64,000 nt of DNA. Source: an uncultured virus (IMG/VR IMGVR_UViG_3300025502_000013) (taxonomy: Duplodnaviria; Heunggongvirae; Uroviricota; Caudoviricetes). The notes below the pieces were generated by a model. That model did not search any database, had not been told where the DNA came from, and saw only the letters and a list, made by a program, of their open reading frames with translations. A program made the position numbers and the translations under genes. Positions 44,810 to 54,678 of the stretch are shown here, piece after piece (position 1 is the stretch's first letter; every line of letters starts with the position of its first letter). The stretch lies in the IMG/VR virus record IMGVR_UViG_3300025502_000013, one strand, 5' to 3'.

Positions 44810-47800
44810 ATGGCAGTACTCGGCTCAGCTGAAATCATTGTTCGGGCTGTAACTAAAGACTTTAAAAGACAAGTAGAAGAAGGCTTTAAGAGCGCCGCAC
44901 CTACTGCAGAAAAAGAAGGCGAAAAAACTTCTAAAGCTTTTGGGCGAGGGTTTTCCCGAGGAGCTGGTGATGGGCGGAGTGGTATAGATCGGTTTATTCC
45001 GAGAGATTTTGCGGATAGAGCCGAACGTGCTCGGATTGCATTTAGAAATCTTAACCGAGTATTCACCCTGGCTTTTCCCGCCATTGTGGGGGTGGGTGGA
45101 GCTATCGGAGCCTTGGGAGGTGGACTAGTAGCCCTTGTAGGCCTTGCAGGCAACGCTGCCAGATCTGTTGGAATTGTCCTTGTAGCCGCCTTGGGGGCTC
45201 TAGGGCAGGCGGGACTTGCAGCGGTAATCGCTCTTAAAGGCGTAAGTGAGGCCATTAACGCGCAAAGCGGTGGAGGCAACACAGCGGCAGAGGAAGCCGC
45301 CCTAAAAAGACTGCGTGACGCTAGGATTGCACTTCGTAACATAATTGAAAAAGAAAAACCAGAAGAGCTGGAACAAGCGCGTCAAAGGGCGGCAGAAGCC
45401 GCCGATTCGGCTGCAGATGCCGTGCTCAATGCGGAGCGAGCTGAAAGAGGCTATTTTCAGGCCCAGAAGGACACACTAAACGCTCTGGAGGACCTCAACG
45501 ACGCCCGAGAAGAGGCCAAAGAACGGCTGCAACAGCTGCGTTTTGAGGTCGAGGGTGGTGCTATCTCTGAAAAGAGAGCAAGAATTGAATTTGAAAAGGC
45601 TCGAGAAAGCCTACAAAGGGTCCAGGACCTCCCCCCCAACTCGAGGGCCCGTCAAGAAGCCGAGCTTGCCTTTGCTCAAGCCGACTTAAACCTTCGTAAA
45701 GCTATTGACCGCAATGCTGACCTTAAAAAGGAAGAGAACGCAGCTACAAGAGCCGGAGTCGAGGGCTCTGATCTTGTTATTAACGCAAAAGAGCGGCTTT
45801 CTAATGCTCAACAGGCCGAAACAGATGCCGCAATCGAGGCCGCTAGAGCCGTTAGGGATGCCTCAAGGGCTCAGGCGGCTGCTGCTCAGGCGGCTGCCGA
45901 CGCCCAAGCGGGGGGACGAGTCGAGCAAGAGCTAGACGCCCGCATTGCCCGAGCTCGAGAAGCCCTCGAGGAGGCCGAAAAAGCCGCAAAGGATGCAGCG
46001 GGTGGTGGTATAGATAGGTTCGCTGAGGCACTAGCCAAACTTTCTCCTGCGGCCCAAAGATTTGTTTTAACCGTTAGAGACAATAAAAAAGAGTTTAACG
46101 ACTTTAAAAAGACAGTTCAAGAACCGTTTTTCCAAGAATTTAACCGATCTTTGTTCCTTCTTTTAGATCGCTTGCCCGCTCTAGGGGACCTTTTTGCAAG
46201 TACGTCTGGAATTGTTGGCCGACTTGCGTCGGGGTTCGTGGATCTTTTCCTGGGCGCCGAGAACTTTGGCAGGACCGGGCGTATTTTTAAAACCAATGAT
46301 CGTCTTGTTGAAAAATTAGGACAAACCTTCCTCAACCTAGTGGACGGACTTTTGCTCCTTTTAGACGCTGCAGAGCCCGTAATTGATGCTTTTGGAGAGT
46401 GGGCTCTCCTGAGCAGCTCAGGGTGGTTAAAAAACCTGCAGGGTGACTTTGACGGTGTGCGGGAACGTTTAGAGCAGTCGGCAGAAAAAGCAGCTCGGCT
46501 TGGCGGTATATTCGGTGGTATTCGGACAATATTTAAGATTCTCGGTGGGGAGATTAACGAAGCTGGTGGAGCCGCTGATATACTCCTCGGGTGGCTGGAA
46601 AAAATAACCACCGAAGGTATTGCAAACCTCGAGGAACAGGCAGCTAGCGGCGATCTGAAACAATTCTTCATTGACGTAACAGAAAACGCTATTGTAGTCC
46701 TTGAAATTATTGGAAATATTATTACAGGACTTCTCACTCTGGGTGCGCAGCCGGGGACAAAGCAATTCCTGGCCTCATTGAACAGCAGCACCGACGGGCT
46801 AAAAGGATTTTCGAAAGAATTTGGCGCAGAAAACGGGCCTCTTGCTTCTATTGGTTCATTTATTGAAAGTTTTTTTGCAAACTTCTCTGCTTTGCTTCAA
46901 AATGAGTCTTTTACGGTGTTTATTGACACTCTTGCAGAAGCACTTGACTGGGTAACCGAATTTTTAAATGAAAATGAAGATTTTTTGAAGGCTATTGCTC
47001 CTATTCTTGCATACGTCCTGGCCCTTGGCGCAATTGGTTCGGTTATTAGAGGCTTATTTAATGTTTTTTCCGGATTTGGATTGTTTGTTACTAGAATATT
47101 CCAAGGCGCTGGTGGAATTGTTGGAAAATTTGCCACCGGGTTTAAAACAGGGTTTGCCGGACTTACGACGGGGCCAGCCGTAGGAATGTTGAGACTCCTA
47201 GGAATAGTAGGAATTGTCATCACAGCTATTATGCTGATGTGGCAAAATAGCGAAACTTTTAGGACTGCAATTGCCGGCCTTTTCAGCGCTATCGGAGAAG
47301 CTTTTAGCGGGGTAATGTCAGACTTAAAAACTGTTTTTGGAGAGGGCACCAAGGGAGGAGAGGCAATTGCGCAGGTCTTCGGGTTCCTTGGTGATGTTAT
47401 AGGCATAGCTTTGAGTGGGGTGGCTACGGCTATCGGATTTATTATCGGCATTGTCGGCGGAGCTCTTCAGTTTGTTGGAAGTATTTTTGTTGCTATAGGG
47501 AACCTTTTTCAGGGTATTCAAGATGTTTTTATGGGTGTCTGGGCACTAATCACTGGAGACACCGAAAAAGCCGGAGAATATTTTAATTCAGCTATTGGCA
47601 ACTTTAGGAAAATTTTCTTGAACTTAGGTATAGGAATTGGAAACTTCTTTATTTCTGTAATTAACGGAATTATTGATGGCTGGAATGGGTTTGTCTCTAA
47701 AATTAAACTCCCAGATTGGCCTATTTTTGGAAACATGGCCGGAAAAAGTGCTGAGTTCCTAAGAATAAATCGTATACCTCCTCTGCAGTTGTTGGCGCAG

Positions 47801-48043
47801 GGTGGCATTGTTAACCCATCAGCGGGTGGAACAATGGCACTTATTGGTGAGGCGGGCCAGGCAGAGCGTGTAGAGCCGCTAGACTCCAGCGGGCTCTCCA
47901 AACGGGACAGAGCAATGATTGCTATGCTTGCGGGTAATGGGCCAGCCATCAATGTCTACCCAGCACCAGGAATGAACGAAACCGAGTTGGCCAGAAAAAT
48001 CTCCAGGGAGATGGCGTCTCAAATGCGTAGAGGGAGTCTTTAA
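44810..48043 (+). CDS. Tape measure protein
   Basis: 1077 aa; Ala/Gly-rich, coiled-coil and hydrophobic repeats; C-terminal LAQGGIV...ALIGEAG..E.V.PL. Confidence 0.9.
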   Translation: MAVLGSAEIIVRAVTKDFKRQVEEGFKSAAPTAEKEGEKTSKAFGRGFSRGAGDGRSGIDRFIPRDFADRAERARIAFRNLNRVFTLAFPAIVGVGGAIGALGGGLVALVGLAGNAARSVGIVLVAALGALGQAGLAAVIALKGVSEAINAQSGGGNTAAEEAALKRLRDARIALRNIIEKEKPEELEQARQRAAEAADSAADAVLNAERAERGYFQAQKDTLNALEDLNDAREEAKERLQQLRFEVEGGAISEKRARIEFEKARESLQRVQDLPPNSRARQEAELAFAQADLNLRKAIDRNADLKKEENAATRAGVEGSDLVINAKERLSNAQQAETDAAIEAARAVRDASRAQAAAAQAAADAQAGGRVEQELDARIARAREALEEAEKAAKDAAGGGIDRFAEALAKLSPAAQRFVLTVRDNKKEFNDFKKTVQEPFFQEFNRSLFLLLDRLPALGDLFASTSGIVGRLASGFVDLFLGAENFGRTGRIFKTNDRLVEKLGQTFLNLVDGLLLLLDAAEPVIDAFGEWALLSSSGWLKNLQGDFDGVRERLEQSAEKAARLGGIFGGIRTIFKILGGEINEAGGAADILLGWLEKITTEGIANLEEQAASGDLKQFFIDVTENAIVVLEIIGNIITGLLTLGAQPGTKQFLASLNSSTDGLKGFSKEFGAENGPLASIGSFIESFFANFSALLQNESFTVFIDTLAEALDWVTEFLNENEDFLKAIAPILAYVLALGAIGSVIRGLFNVFSGFGLFVTRIFQGAGGIVGKFATGFKTGFAGLTTGPAVGMLRLLGIVGIVITAIMLMWQNSETFRTAIAGLFSAIGEAFSGVMSDLKTVFGEGTKGGEAIAQVFGFLGDVIGIALSGVATAIGFIIGIVGGALQFVGSIFVAIGNLFQGIQDVFMGVWALITGDTEKAGEYFNSAIGNFRKIFLNLGIGIGNFFISVINGIIDGWNGFVSKIKLPDWPIFGNMAGKSAEFLRINRIPPLQLLAQGGIVNPSAGGTMALIGEAGQAERVEPLDSSGLSKRDRAMIAMLAGNGPAINVYPAPGMNETELARKISREMASQMRRGSL

Positions 48044-50595
48044 TGTCTAATACTTTTACCCAAGCCGAGGAAAACTATTACGTTAATACCGGCCTCTCCG
48101 AGCTTTTCCCTGATGAGATTAAAAAGCTTAAGCTTGAGGGAAACATTGTTCTGGGAGATTTTATTTTTAACACCATCGATGAGGACGGCGTCGTCTGGGT
48201 AATTTCAGAGATTAATGGCTGGTGGCAATCGCCTTCGGCAGACGTCCCAGAAATTGACAGAAGCGCTGGAGACGGTGGCTACGACGTGCCTGGACGGTAC
48301 ATGTCTCGATCTATCGAGATTGAAGGATCTTTTCTTGTAACAGACCCCTCGAAAGTAGAAGCAGCCCGAGACAAGCTGATTGAAGCATGTAACTTGGTCT
48401 ATCAAGGGGCGTGGTTAAAAACGGGGTCTAGCCCAATACGTGCGTCTTACGTGTACATGGTAGACCAGATTGAGACCCAAGTAGTCAATGCGCGTGGTAG
48501 GACAGAGTTTACAATTCCCCTTCGGGCTTCCGACCCCATCAAGTACTTGTGGAACGACGAAGATCCTGATGGCTACGAAGTATTTGAAATTCCAGTAAAA
48601 AACTCTGCTACAGGGGCAACAGGGGCCAGGACACTAACTAATGTGGGCAATTACTCGGTTCCTTGCTTCTTAGAGATTGTGGGTCCATACGCGGCTCCTG
48701 GCACGATTTTTAACCAAACTACCGAAGGGCTAGTTATTATCACCCAGCCGCTCCGGGGCATAAGCGCCAGGTCCGTGGTAAATAAAGAACTGACATTTAA
48801 CGTAGACACTCTTATCGACACCGCTACGCTAACAACAACAAGCGAACACTCCTTTAGGGTGGGGGACACGGTCCTCATCAGCAACGTTGGCGCTGAGTTT
48901 GACGGCGAGCAGGTCATCACATCTACCCCCACTAGTACAACTTTTACTTACAACACTGTTGCCGCATCGATTGCTCCCGTAACTTTTAAAACCCTTCAGA
49001 GCGATGAGGCTCAGCTAGAAACCACTGTTGCCCATGGTTACTCCGTAGGGGATTCCGTAGTTGTCCGAGGAGTAGACGCTACGTTCGACGGCACTTACAC
49101 AATAACAGCCACTCCAAGCAGCAGACTGATTAAGTACGCACGTAAAAGAACTCCAACAAAAAACATTGTTTCTACCTCTTTGGCTTCCAATATTGCAACA
49201 ATATCTACTAGTGATCCACATGAATTTATTGTGGGCGAAGATGTCACTATTTCTGGCACCGGAATTAACTATGACGGAGAGTATGAAATTCTCTCCACAC
49301 CCACTGAGAATTCTTTTACCTGTGCCATTACCCGCACCAACTCCCGAGCTGTCACCAATAAAGCAATGTCTGGCGACACAGTCACCCTAACCACAAGCAG
49401 TCCTCATGGGTTTGTTGTAGATGAACCAATCAATGTTACTGACGTAGATCTTTCACTTAACGGAGGATACTTCCTTAGCGGAGTGACCTCGAATACTTTT
49501 AGCTACCGCCGAGCCCGGTCCACACAGAGGGAAGTCACTATCACGGCTCGTGGAGCCAACCAAGCCACCCTCACTACCTCTACTCCTCATGGGTTTGCCG
49601 AGGGGGAGAAAATTAAAATTGAAGGTGTAGATGAGACGTACAACGGGACCTACACTATCATCAATCTGCCCAGCATAACTACTTTTACATTTAGCAGCAC
49701 CGGGGGGGATCTCGTGTCAACCTCTGTAGTCGATGGTCGAGTTAGGGCTTTTAGTCGCAAAATAGATACCATTGCTCGAATTGGAAATTTAGTTACCGTC
49801 ACAACAGACAACATCCACGGTGTGATTTTTGGTGAGCAAGTGACCATTACCGGGTATCCTGCGTTTAACGGTACATATACAGTGAGTGATATCCCTTTTC
49901 TTAATACCTTTGAATTTGAAAGTGTCGGAGCCAACATAGAGGCTTTTACGCCGCTGATTGTCACACAGCGTAAACGCTCCGCGACCACAGCTACTTTGAC
50001 TACGGAGCTTAACCATGGGCTGACAACCGGAGATAAAATTAGAGTCTTTGGGGTTGGGTTTAATTTTGATGGGCTGCACACCATTACAGCCACTCCAAGC
50101 GTTAAACAAATCAGATTTACGCAAGAAGCTGGTCTAGAGGAAATACCCGAAGAAGACTCGGATGGGTTTGTCGGGCTTGACTATGGCTATGTAGAGCTGC
50201 CCGGGAGCATAACTAGTGCAGTCGTCTCCCCGGCGGGGCTTGTAAGAGCTTCCGGTAGCTTGCCTTTCACATCGACCACTGGAGTCTCTACCGTGTCAGA
50301 TGCGATAACTCGTCGTCAGGCTGCCGGAAACGCTATTAAAGAAAATAATGTTAAATTCACACCCGGCCTGTCAAGCGCCTCTGCCATCGTAGATGCCGAT
50401 ATCCTAGAAATTGACACAAAAAATAAAGAAGTTGCTTTCAATGGAGAAATTAGCGGTGCGCGGGGGAGGGTAGACGTGCTGGCTGATTTTATCCAGCTTG
50501 CGCCAGGAGAAAATATTATTGAGTTTGAAGACACAGGAAACCCGGAGGGGACAGCCACCCTTAAAATTTTTTACAGGTCTGGGTGGTTGTCCTAG
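48043..50595 (+). CDS. Distal tail (Dit-like) protein with seven inserted beta-repeat domains
   Basis: Follows the tape measure gene; LRASDPIKY and LAPGEN.I.F Dit motifs; T..HG...GD.V.I.GV repeats. Confidence 0.8.
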   Translation: MSNTFTQAEENYYVNTGLSELFPDEIKKLKLEGNIVLGDFIFNTIDEDGVVWVISEINGWWQSPSADVPEIDRSAGDGGYDVPGRYMSRSIEIEGSFLVTDPSKVEAARDKLIEACNLVYQGAWLKTGSSPIRASYVYMVDQIETQVVNARGRTEFTIPLRASDPIKYLWNDEDPDGYEVFEIPVKNSATGATGARTLTNVGNYSVPCFLEIVGPYAAPGTIFNQTTEGLVIITQPLRGISARSVVNKELTFNVDTLIDTATLTTTSEHSFRVGDTVLISNVGAEFDGEQVITSTPTSTTFTYNTVAASIAPVTFKTLQSDEAQLETTVAHGYSVGDSVVVRGVDATFDGTYTITATPSSRLIKYARKRTPTKNIVSTSLASNIATISTSDPHEFIVGEDVTISGTGINYDGEYEILSTPTENSFTCAITRTNSRAVTNKAMSGDTVTLTTSSPHGFVVDEPINVTDVDLSLNGGYFLSGVTSNTFSYRRARSTQREVTITARGANQATLTTSTPHGFAEGEKIKIEGVDETYNGTYTIINLPSITTFTFSSTGGDLVSTSVVDGRVRAFSRKIDTIARIGNLVTVTTDNIHGVIFGEQVTITGYPAFNGTYTVSDIPFLNTFEFESVGANIEAFTPLIVTQRKRSATTATLTTELNHGLTTGDKIRVFGVGFNFDGLHTITATPSVKQIRFTQEAGLEEIPEEDSDGFVGLDYGYVELPGSITSAVVSPAGLVRASGSLPFTSTTGVSTVSDAITRRQAAGNAIKENNVKFTPGLSSASAIVDADILEIDTKNKEVAFNGEISGARGRVDVLADFIQLAPGENIIEFEDTGNPEGTATLKIFYRSGWLS

Positions 50596-52583
50596 TGAGT
50601 AACCCTATTTATCGATACTTTCTCACAGACCTCCTGAGTAACGAAGTCATTAGTGAAGTTCCCTTCAACGGAGTGTCCTTTGAACGGGCCAACCGGAGAG
50701 CAGGCAGCTTTAGTGGGACAATCCCATTTATTGAGGCAACCAAAGGACTAGATTTATACGAAGCCACCATGCCCGGGCGCACAGGGGTATACGTTCTTCG
50801 CGACAGTGTCTGCGTGTGGGGGGGAATTATCTGGTCAAGGAGCTACAGCGTTTCTGAAAAAGAGCTCTCTGTGTCCGGAGGAGAATTTCTTAGCTACTTC
50901 TACCATCGAAATATCTGGCAAACAATACAGTATGGGTCTGATTTTGTTGGGGTATCTTCGTATGAAGTTTCTGGAGGAGTCGGCACTGTCACCACTGAAA
51001 TTGCGCATGGGTTCCGTGTGGGGGATCAGATTCGAATAACATTCACCAGTCCTTTGGTAGATGGGGTCCAAGAGATACTTCAAGTCCCGTCTGCCAACAG
51101 CTTTCAATTTTCCACGACATCGGCAAACGGCGCTGGCTTTAGTACCAGTGGGGCATGTCGCAGCCTTGTGGATACCTATGATTTTGCACGTAATATTGTG
51201 TTCCAAGTTTCAAATGACCTAGGCGGGGTTAATTTTGCTAGTGAAATAATCAAGCCAGCTAGAGAGTTCCAAGAATCTGTTATCGCCAAAGAGCGCTCTG
51301 CGGGCCGAGTAACTATTAGGACCGCCAACGATCACGAAATTATTCCGGGTCAAGAGATAGAGCTTATTGAGGTGGATCCAGAGCTGGACGGTATTCATAT
51401 TGCAACACAGATACCTGATGCGCAGAGTGTGACTTTTGAACTGCAGGGAGGTGACATCCCCCGCACAACGCTACCCGGACTGAGAAATTTAAATGTTGTC
51501 AGTAAGCAGCTTACGGACAACCTCGCCACTCTTACCGTTGACCGTCCGCACAATGCCCAGCCGGGGGATACAGTTATTGTCGAGGGCGTGGATGCCTTCT
51601 TCACTGGCCTTATTGATACCACATTTAATGGAAGATTTATTGTCATATCTACACCCACTACCACCAGTTTTACCTTTAGCAGTGGCGGTATTCTTAATGT
51701 TCTGGAGGAGCCCGTTGCAGGAGGTCTAGCGACATTTGGTTCTAAAGTAGTTTATGGGGATTTTGGAAGCTTTACGTCTAATGGTGATATTGGAATAAAC
51801 TTTGAAAACAACGCCAAGAGTGGGTTTTACCAGGACAAGCAAGTGTACCGAGGTTTTGAGCAACGAACTGCTGGTGAAATTCTTGAGGAGTATTCGAACA
51901 CCACCGACGGCGGTTTTGAGTACCGCATTGACTGCGACTATGACTTTGACACCGCCAGTTTTTCTAGAACTTTTAAAGTGTTCCCTATTGACCTGGCAGA
52001 GCCTCCCCCACCCGGGGATGTTTACCCTGTCACTGCTTTTGGGGCCGACAAGGTTGTTTTTGAGTACCCAGGCAATATCTCTACTTTTGAAATCGAAGAA
52101 GATGCCGAAGACGCTGCTACTAGATTTTTTGTGGTCGGGAGTATTGAAGACCTAGGAGATGAGGCAAGTCAGCCATACGCGGGTGCTTCTGACCAAGAGC
52201 TTTTAGATAATAAATTTGGAAGAAGCTGGCCCCTACTCGATCTTAGCGAAAAATTAGACGAGGTTGCGGACGAATTAAGCCTCCATCAGTACGCTCAAGA
52301 CTATCTCTACGAGTCACGCCCACCGGTAGGAACATACACAGTGACTGTCAATGGATCTCTTGATCCTTTAGTGGGTTCTTATTTTCCTGGGGACTGGTGT
52401 TCTTTGATTGTCGACGACGAGTTTGTCCGTCAGCGCCTAGCAAATGACCAAGAGCCTAGGTCGGATATTCTTATTAGAAAAATTGATTCCTACTCGGTTG
52501 CTGTGCCCGATACTGCAAAGTTCCCCGAAGAGGTCACACTAACGCTAGTGACAGATTGGAAGGTTGATCAACGTGGCAACTAG
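50595..52583 (+). CDS. Minor tail / baseplate hub protein with three beta-repeat domains
   Basis: YRYFLTDL, VWGGIIW.R, GFEYRID and FEYPGNI motifs. Confidence 0.78.
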   Translation: MSNPIYRYFLTDLLSNEVISEVPFNGVSFERANRRAGSFSGTIPFIEATKGLDLYEATMPGRTGVYVLRDSVCVWGGIIWSRSYSVSEKELSVSGGEFLSYFYHRNIWQTIQYGSDFVGVSSYEVSGGVGTVTTEIAHGFRVGDQIRITFTSPLVDGVQEILQVPSANSFQFSTTSANGAGFSTSGACRSLVDTYDFARNIVFQVSNDLGGVNFASEIIKPAREFQESVIAKERSAGRVTIRTANDHEIIPGQEIELIEVDPELDGIHIATQIPDAQSVTFELQGGDIPRTTLPGLRNLNVVSKQLTDNLATLTVDRPHNAQPGDTVIVEGVDAFFTGLIDTTFNGRFIVISTPTTTSFTFSSGGILNVLEEPVAGGLATFGSKVVYGDFGSFTSNGDIGINFENNAKSGFYQDKQVYRGFEQRTAGEILEEYSNTTDGGFEYRIDCDYDFDTASFSRTFKVFPIDLAEPPPPGDVYPVTAFGADKVVFEYPGNISTFEIEEDAEDAATRFFVVGSIEDLGDEASQPYAGASDQELLDNKFGRSWPLLDLSEKLDEVADELSLHQYAQDYLYESRPPVGTYTVTVNGSLDPLVGSYFPGDWCSLIVDDEFVRQRLANDQEPRSDILIRKIDSYSVAVPDTAKFPEEVTLTLVTDWKVDQRGN

Positions 52584-53823
52584 AAGACGCGCGGCCAGTA
52601 AAACTATGACAGGAGCTGTGTCTGACCTGCAGAGACGAGTTAGGTACCTTCAAGCCTCCACCCCACCCTCCCGGCTAGCTACACAGGTGGTGGCGAGAAC
52701 AAACGTCCGGCCTCGGGCAATTAACTCAGATCAGATTGAGCTGGCTGCTGTGACAAATGACCAGATCGCAGCAGATGCTGTAAAACTGTCAAACATGGGC
52801 ACCAACTCGGTAGGGGAGGGTCAAATTGTAGATGGCTCTGTCAGCAATGGAAAGCTAGCAGAGGACTCTGTGAGCGGCGATAAAATTCAAATTGACGCCA
52901 TTACTACAAGCAAAGTCAACAACTCAGCAATTACTACTGCAAAATTGGCTAACTCTTCTGTTAATGATTCTAAAATAACAAGCAATGCTGTTACAGAAGA
53001 AAAAATTAGAAACGGAGCGGTAGGAAGAAGTAAGCTACAAAATAATTCAGTAGGAAGAGATCAAATTGATAGCCGCGCCGTGGGTACAGCTCAAATTGCT
53101 GACAATGCCGTGGGCTCGGGGCAAATTGCGGGGAGCGCTGTGGGCTCGGGGCAGCTCGGTAATGGGTCTGTTACCAGCTCAAAGATTGGTTCTGGGCAGG
53201 TTGGCAGGGCCCAAATTGCAAACGGGTCTGTTACGGAGGATAAGATTGGCAATAACCAGGTTACTAGTGCTAAAATTAGCAATGATACGAAAAGACTTAT
53301 TGTAAGCGTCGGTCTTTCTGCTGGCGCGGGTATAACTAAAAGCGGCTATACCGTCGGGGTTAACTTTGGTGGCGGGAGCACACAGGTGGCACGAGGCAAC
53401 CACACGCACGGCTACACCAACAGCTTTTACACTAGAGACTATGCGGGCAGGGGGCTGACAAATATTGTTAATTATAGTACGAGAACAAGTGCACCGTCGA
53501 CAAGGCGTGTGAAGAAAAATATTGAGACGCACACACCTAGTAATATTAAAAACTTATTAGACTTAGAACCAAAAAAGTACAAGTACAAAAGGTCAGAAAG
53601 AGCCTCTCACGAATCTTTAAATAAAGAGTGGATGCATGGCTACATTGCAGAAGAACTTATCGATTTGGGGTTCCCTGAGCCAGTAGGCTACGACGCAGAG
53701 GGGCGACCAGCAAGTTTAGACTACGGTCTTATGTCCATGCTGGTACTTGAGCTAGTAAAAGTACAGCAGGATGAGATAAACTTGCTCAGAGAAGAAGTTT
53801 TAATACTTAAGGACAAAAAATGA
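52573..53823 (+). CDS. Tail fibre/spike with 10-residue repeats and a C-terminal peptidase S74-like chaperone
   Basis: (A/S)V...(K/Q)I repeats; STRRVKKNI, GYIAEEL, SLDY and terminal coiled coil. Confidence 0.8.
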   Translation: MATRRRAASKTMTGAVSDLQRRVRYLQASTPPSRLATQVVARTNVRPRAINSDQIELAAVTNDQIAADAVKLSNMGTNSVGEGQIVDGSVSNGKLAEDSVSGDKIQIDAITTSKVNNSAITTAKLANSSVNDSKITSNAVTEEKIRNGAVGRSKLQNNSVGRDQIDSRAVGTAQIADNAVGSGQIAGSAVGSGQLGNGSVTSSKIGSGQVGRAQIANGSVTEDKIGNNQVTSAKISNDTKRLIVSVGLSAGAGITKSGYTVGVNFGGGSTQVARGNHTHGYTNSFYTRDYAGRGLTNIVNYSTRTSAPSTRRVKKNIETHTPSNIKNLLDLEPKKYKYKRSERASHESLNKEWMHGYIAEELIDLGFPEPVGYDAEGRPASLDYGLMSMLVLELVKVQQDEINLLREEVLILKDKK

Positions 53824-54191
53824 ACTATTTATTTGAATACGATACTCCTGAAGCAGTAAACGAAAGTGTTTCTGCTTTTAGACCCCGCTGGGTGAAGTCT
53901 GTTGTTGACTCTGATGGCGTGGAGCAACGGATTATTTTGGACTTTGCTAACACCCAAGAGCGGGAGTTTTTAACGACAGAGCAGGTCTACGTTCACCTTG
54001 ACAATCTTGTTCTTTATATTAAGGATGTCTCTCAACTTATCACCCCTATTCGTCTCGACGACAGTGTTCCTACTGATGGTTGGCATTTAAATGGCGGTTG
54101 GGGCGAAATAGAGTGGGCCAAAGAAGAAACTCTTCGTTGGTGGGAGTCTGTGTACTATAAAGACGAAGAGGCCGAAGAGGAAATAGCATAG
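53820..54191 (+). CDS. Hypothetical protein
   Basis: ATGA overlap. Confidence 0.7.
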   Translation: MNYLFEYDTPEAVNESVSAFRPRWVKSVVDSDGVEQRIILDFANTQEREFLTTEQVYVHLDNLVLYIKDVSQLITPIRLDDSVPTDGWHLNGGWGEIEWAKEETLRWWESVYYKDEEAEEEIA

Positions 54192-54661
54192 TGTATGAAG
54201 TCAAGGATGGCTCTCGAACTCTGCAGTTCAGCGGAAAGCTTTTAGGTGCATCTTCTTCATGGAGGCCCAACGCGGTTCGGTGGATCGAGTTTAAGCTGTA
54301 CAAAACCGAAAGTGGTTCATATATAGTATCTAGGGTCGGAGTTTCTAATGTATATCACGGGGCCGCGTGTAATTTTGTTAGTAAGTATAGGTTAAACGAG
54401 GCTTCTCCAAGCTCTTTAAGACCTGACGCCACCCCTTGCGAGGAGTGCGTTCCTTCAAAAGCCCTGCCCTTTATTTTTCCGGAGAAAGACAGGACTCGTG
54501 CCCACGTAGTCGACACGCCCGAAGATGTTATCGACATTCTGCATAAAAAATCCCCGAGTGGTAGTTTTTATCTCACTAAAGTAGCCAGGAAACTTTTAGA
54601 AGCAGCAACCAATTATGATGAACAACTAGATATGGTGTATCGTATAGAGATTATTCCCTGA
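54191..54661 (+). CDS. Hypothetical protein
   Basis: Coupled ORF; RWIEFKLYKT..G.YIVSRVG.S..YH. Confidence 0.7.
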   Translation: MYEVKDGSRTLQFSGKLLGASSSWRPNAVRWIEFKLYKTESGSYIVSRVGVSNVYHGAACNFVSKYRLNEASPSSLRPDATPCEECVPSKALPFIFPEKDRTRAHVVDTPEDVIDILHKKSPSGSFYLTKVARKLLEAATNYDEQLDMVYRIEIIP

Positions 54662-54678
54662 CACAGCTTTAGGAAAAA

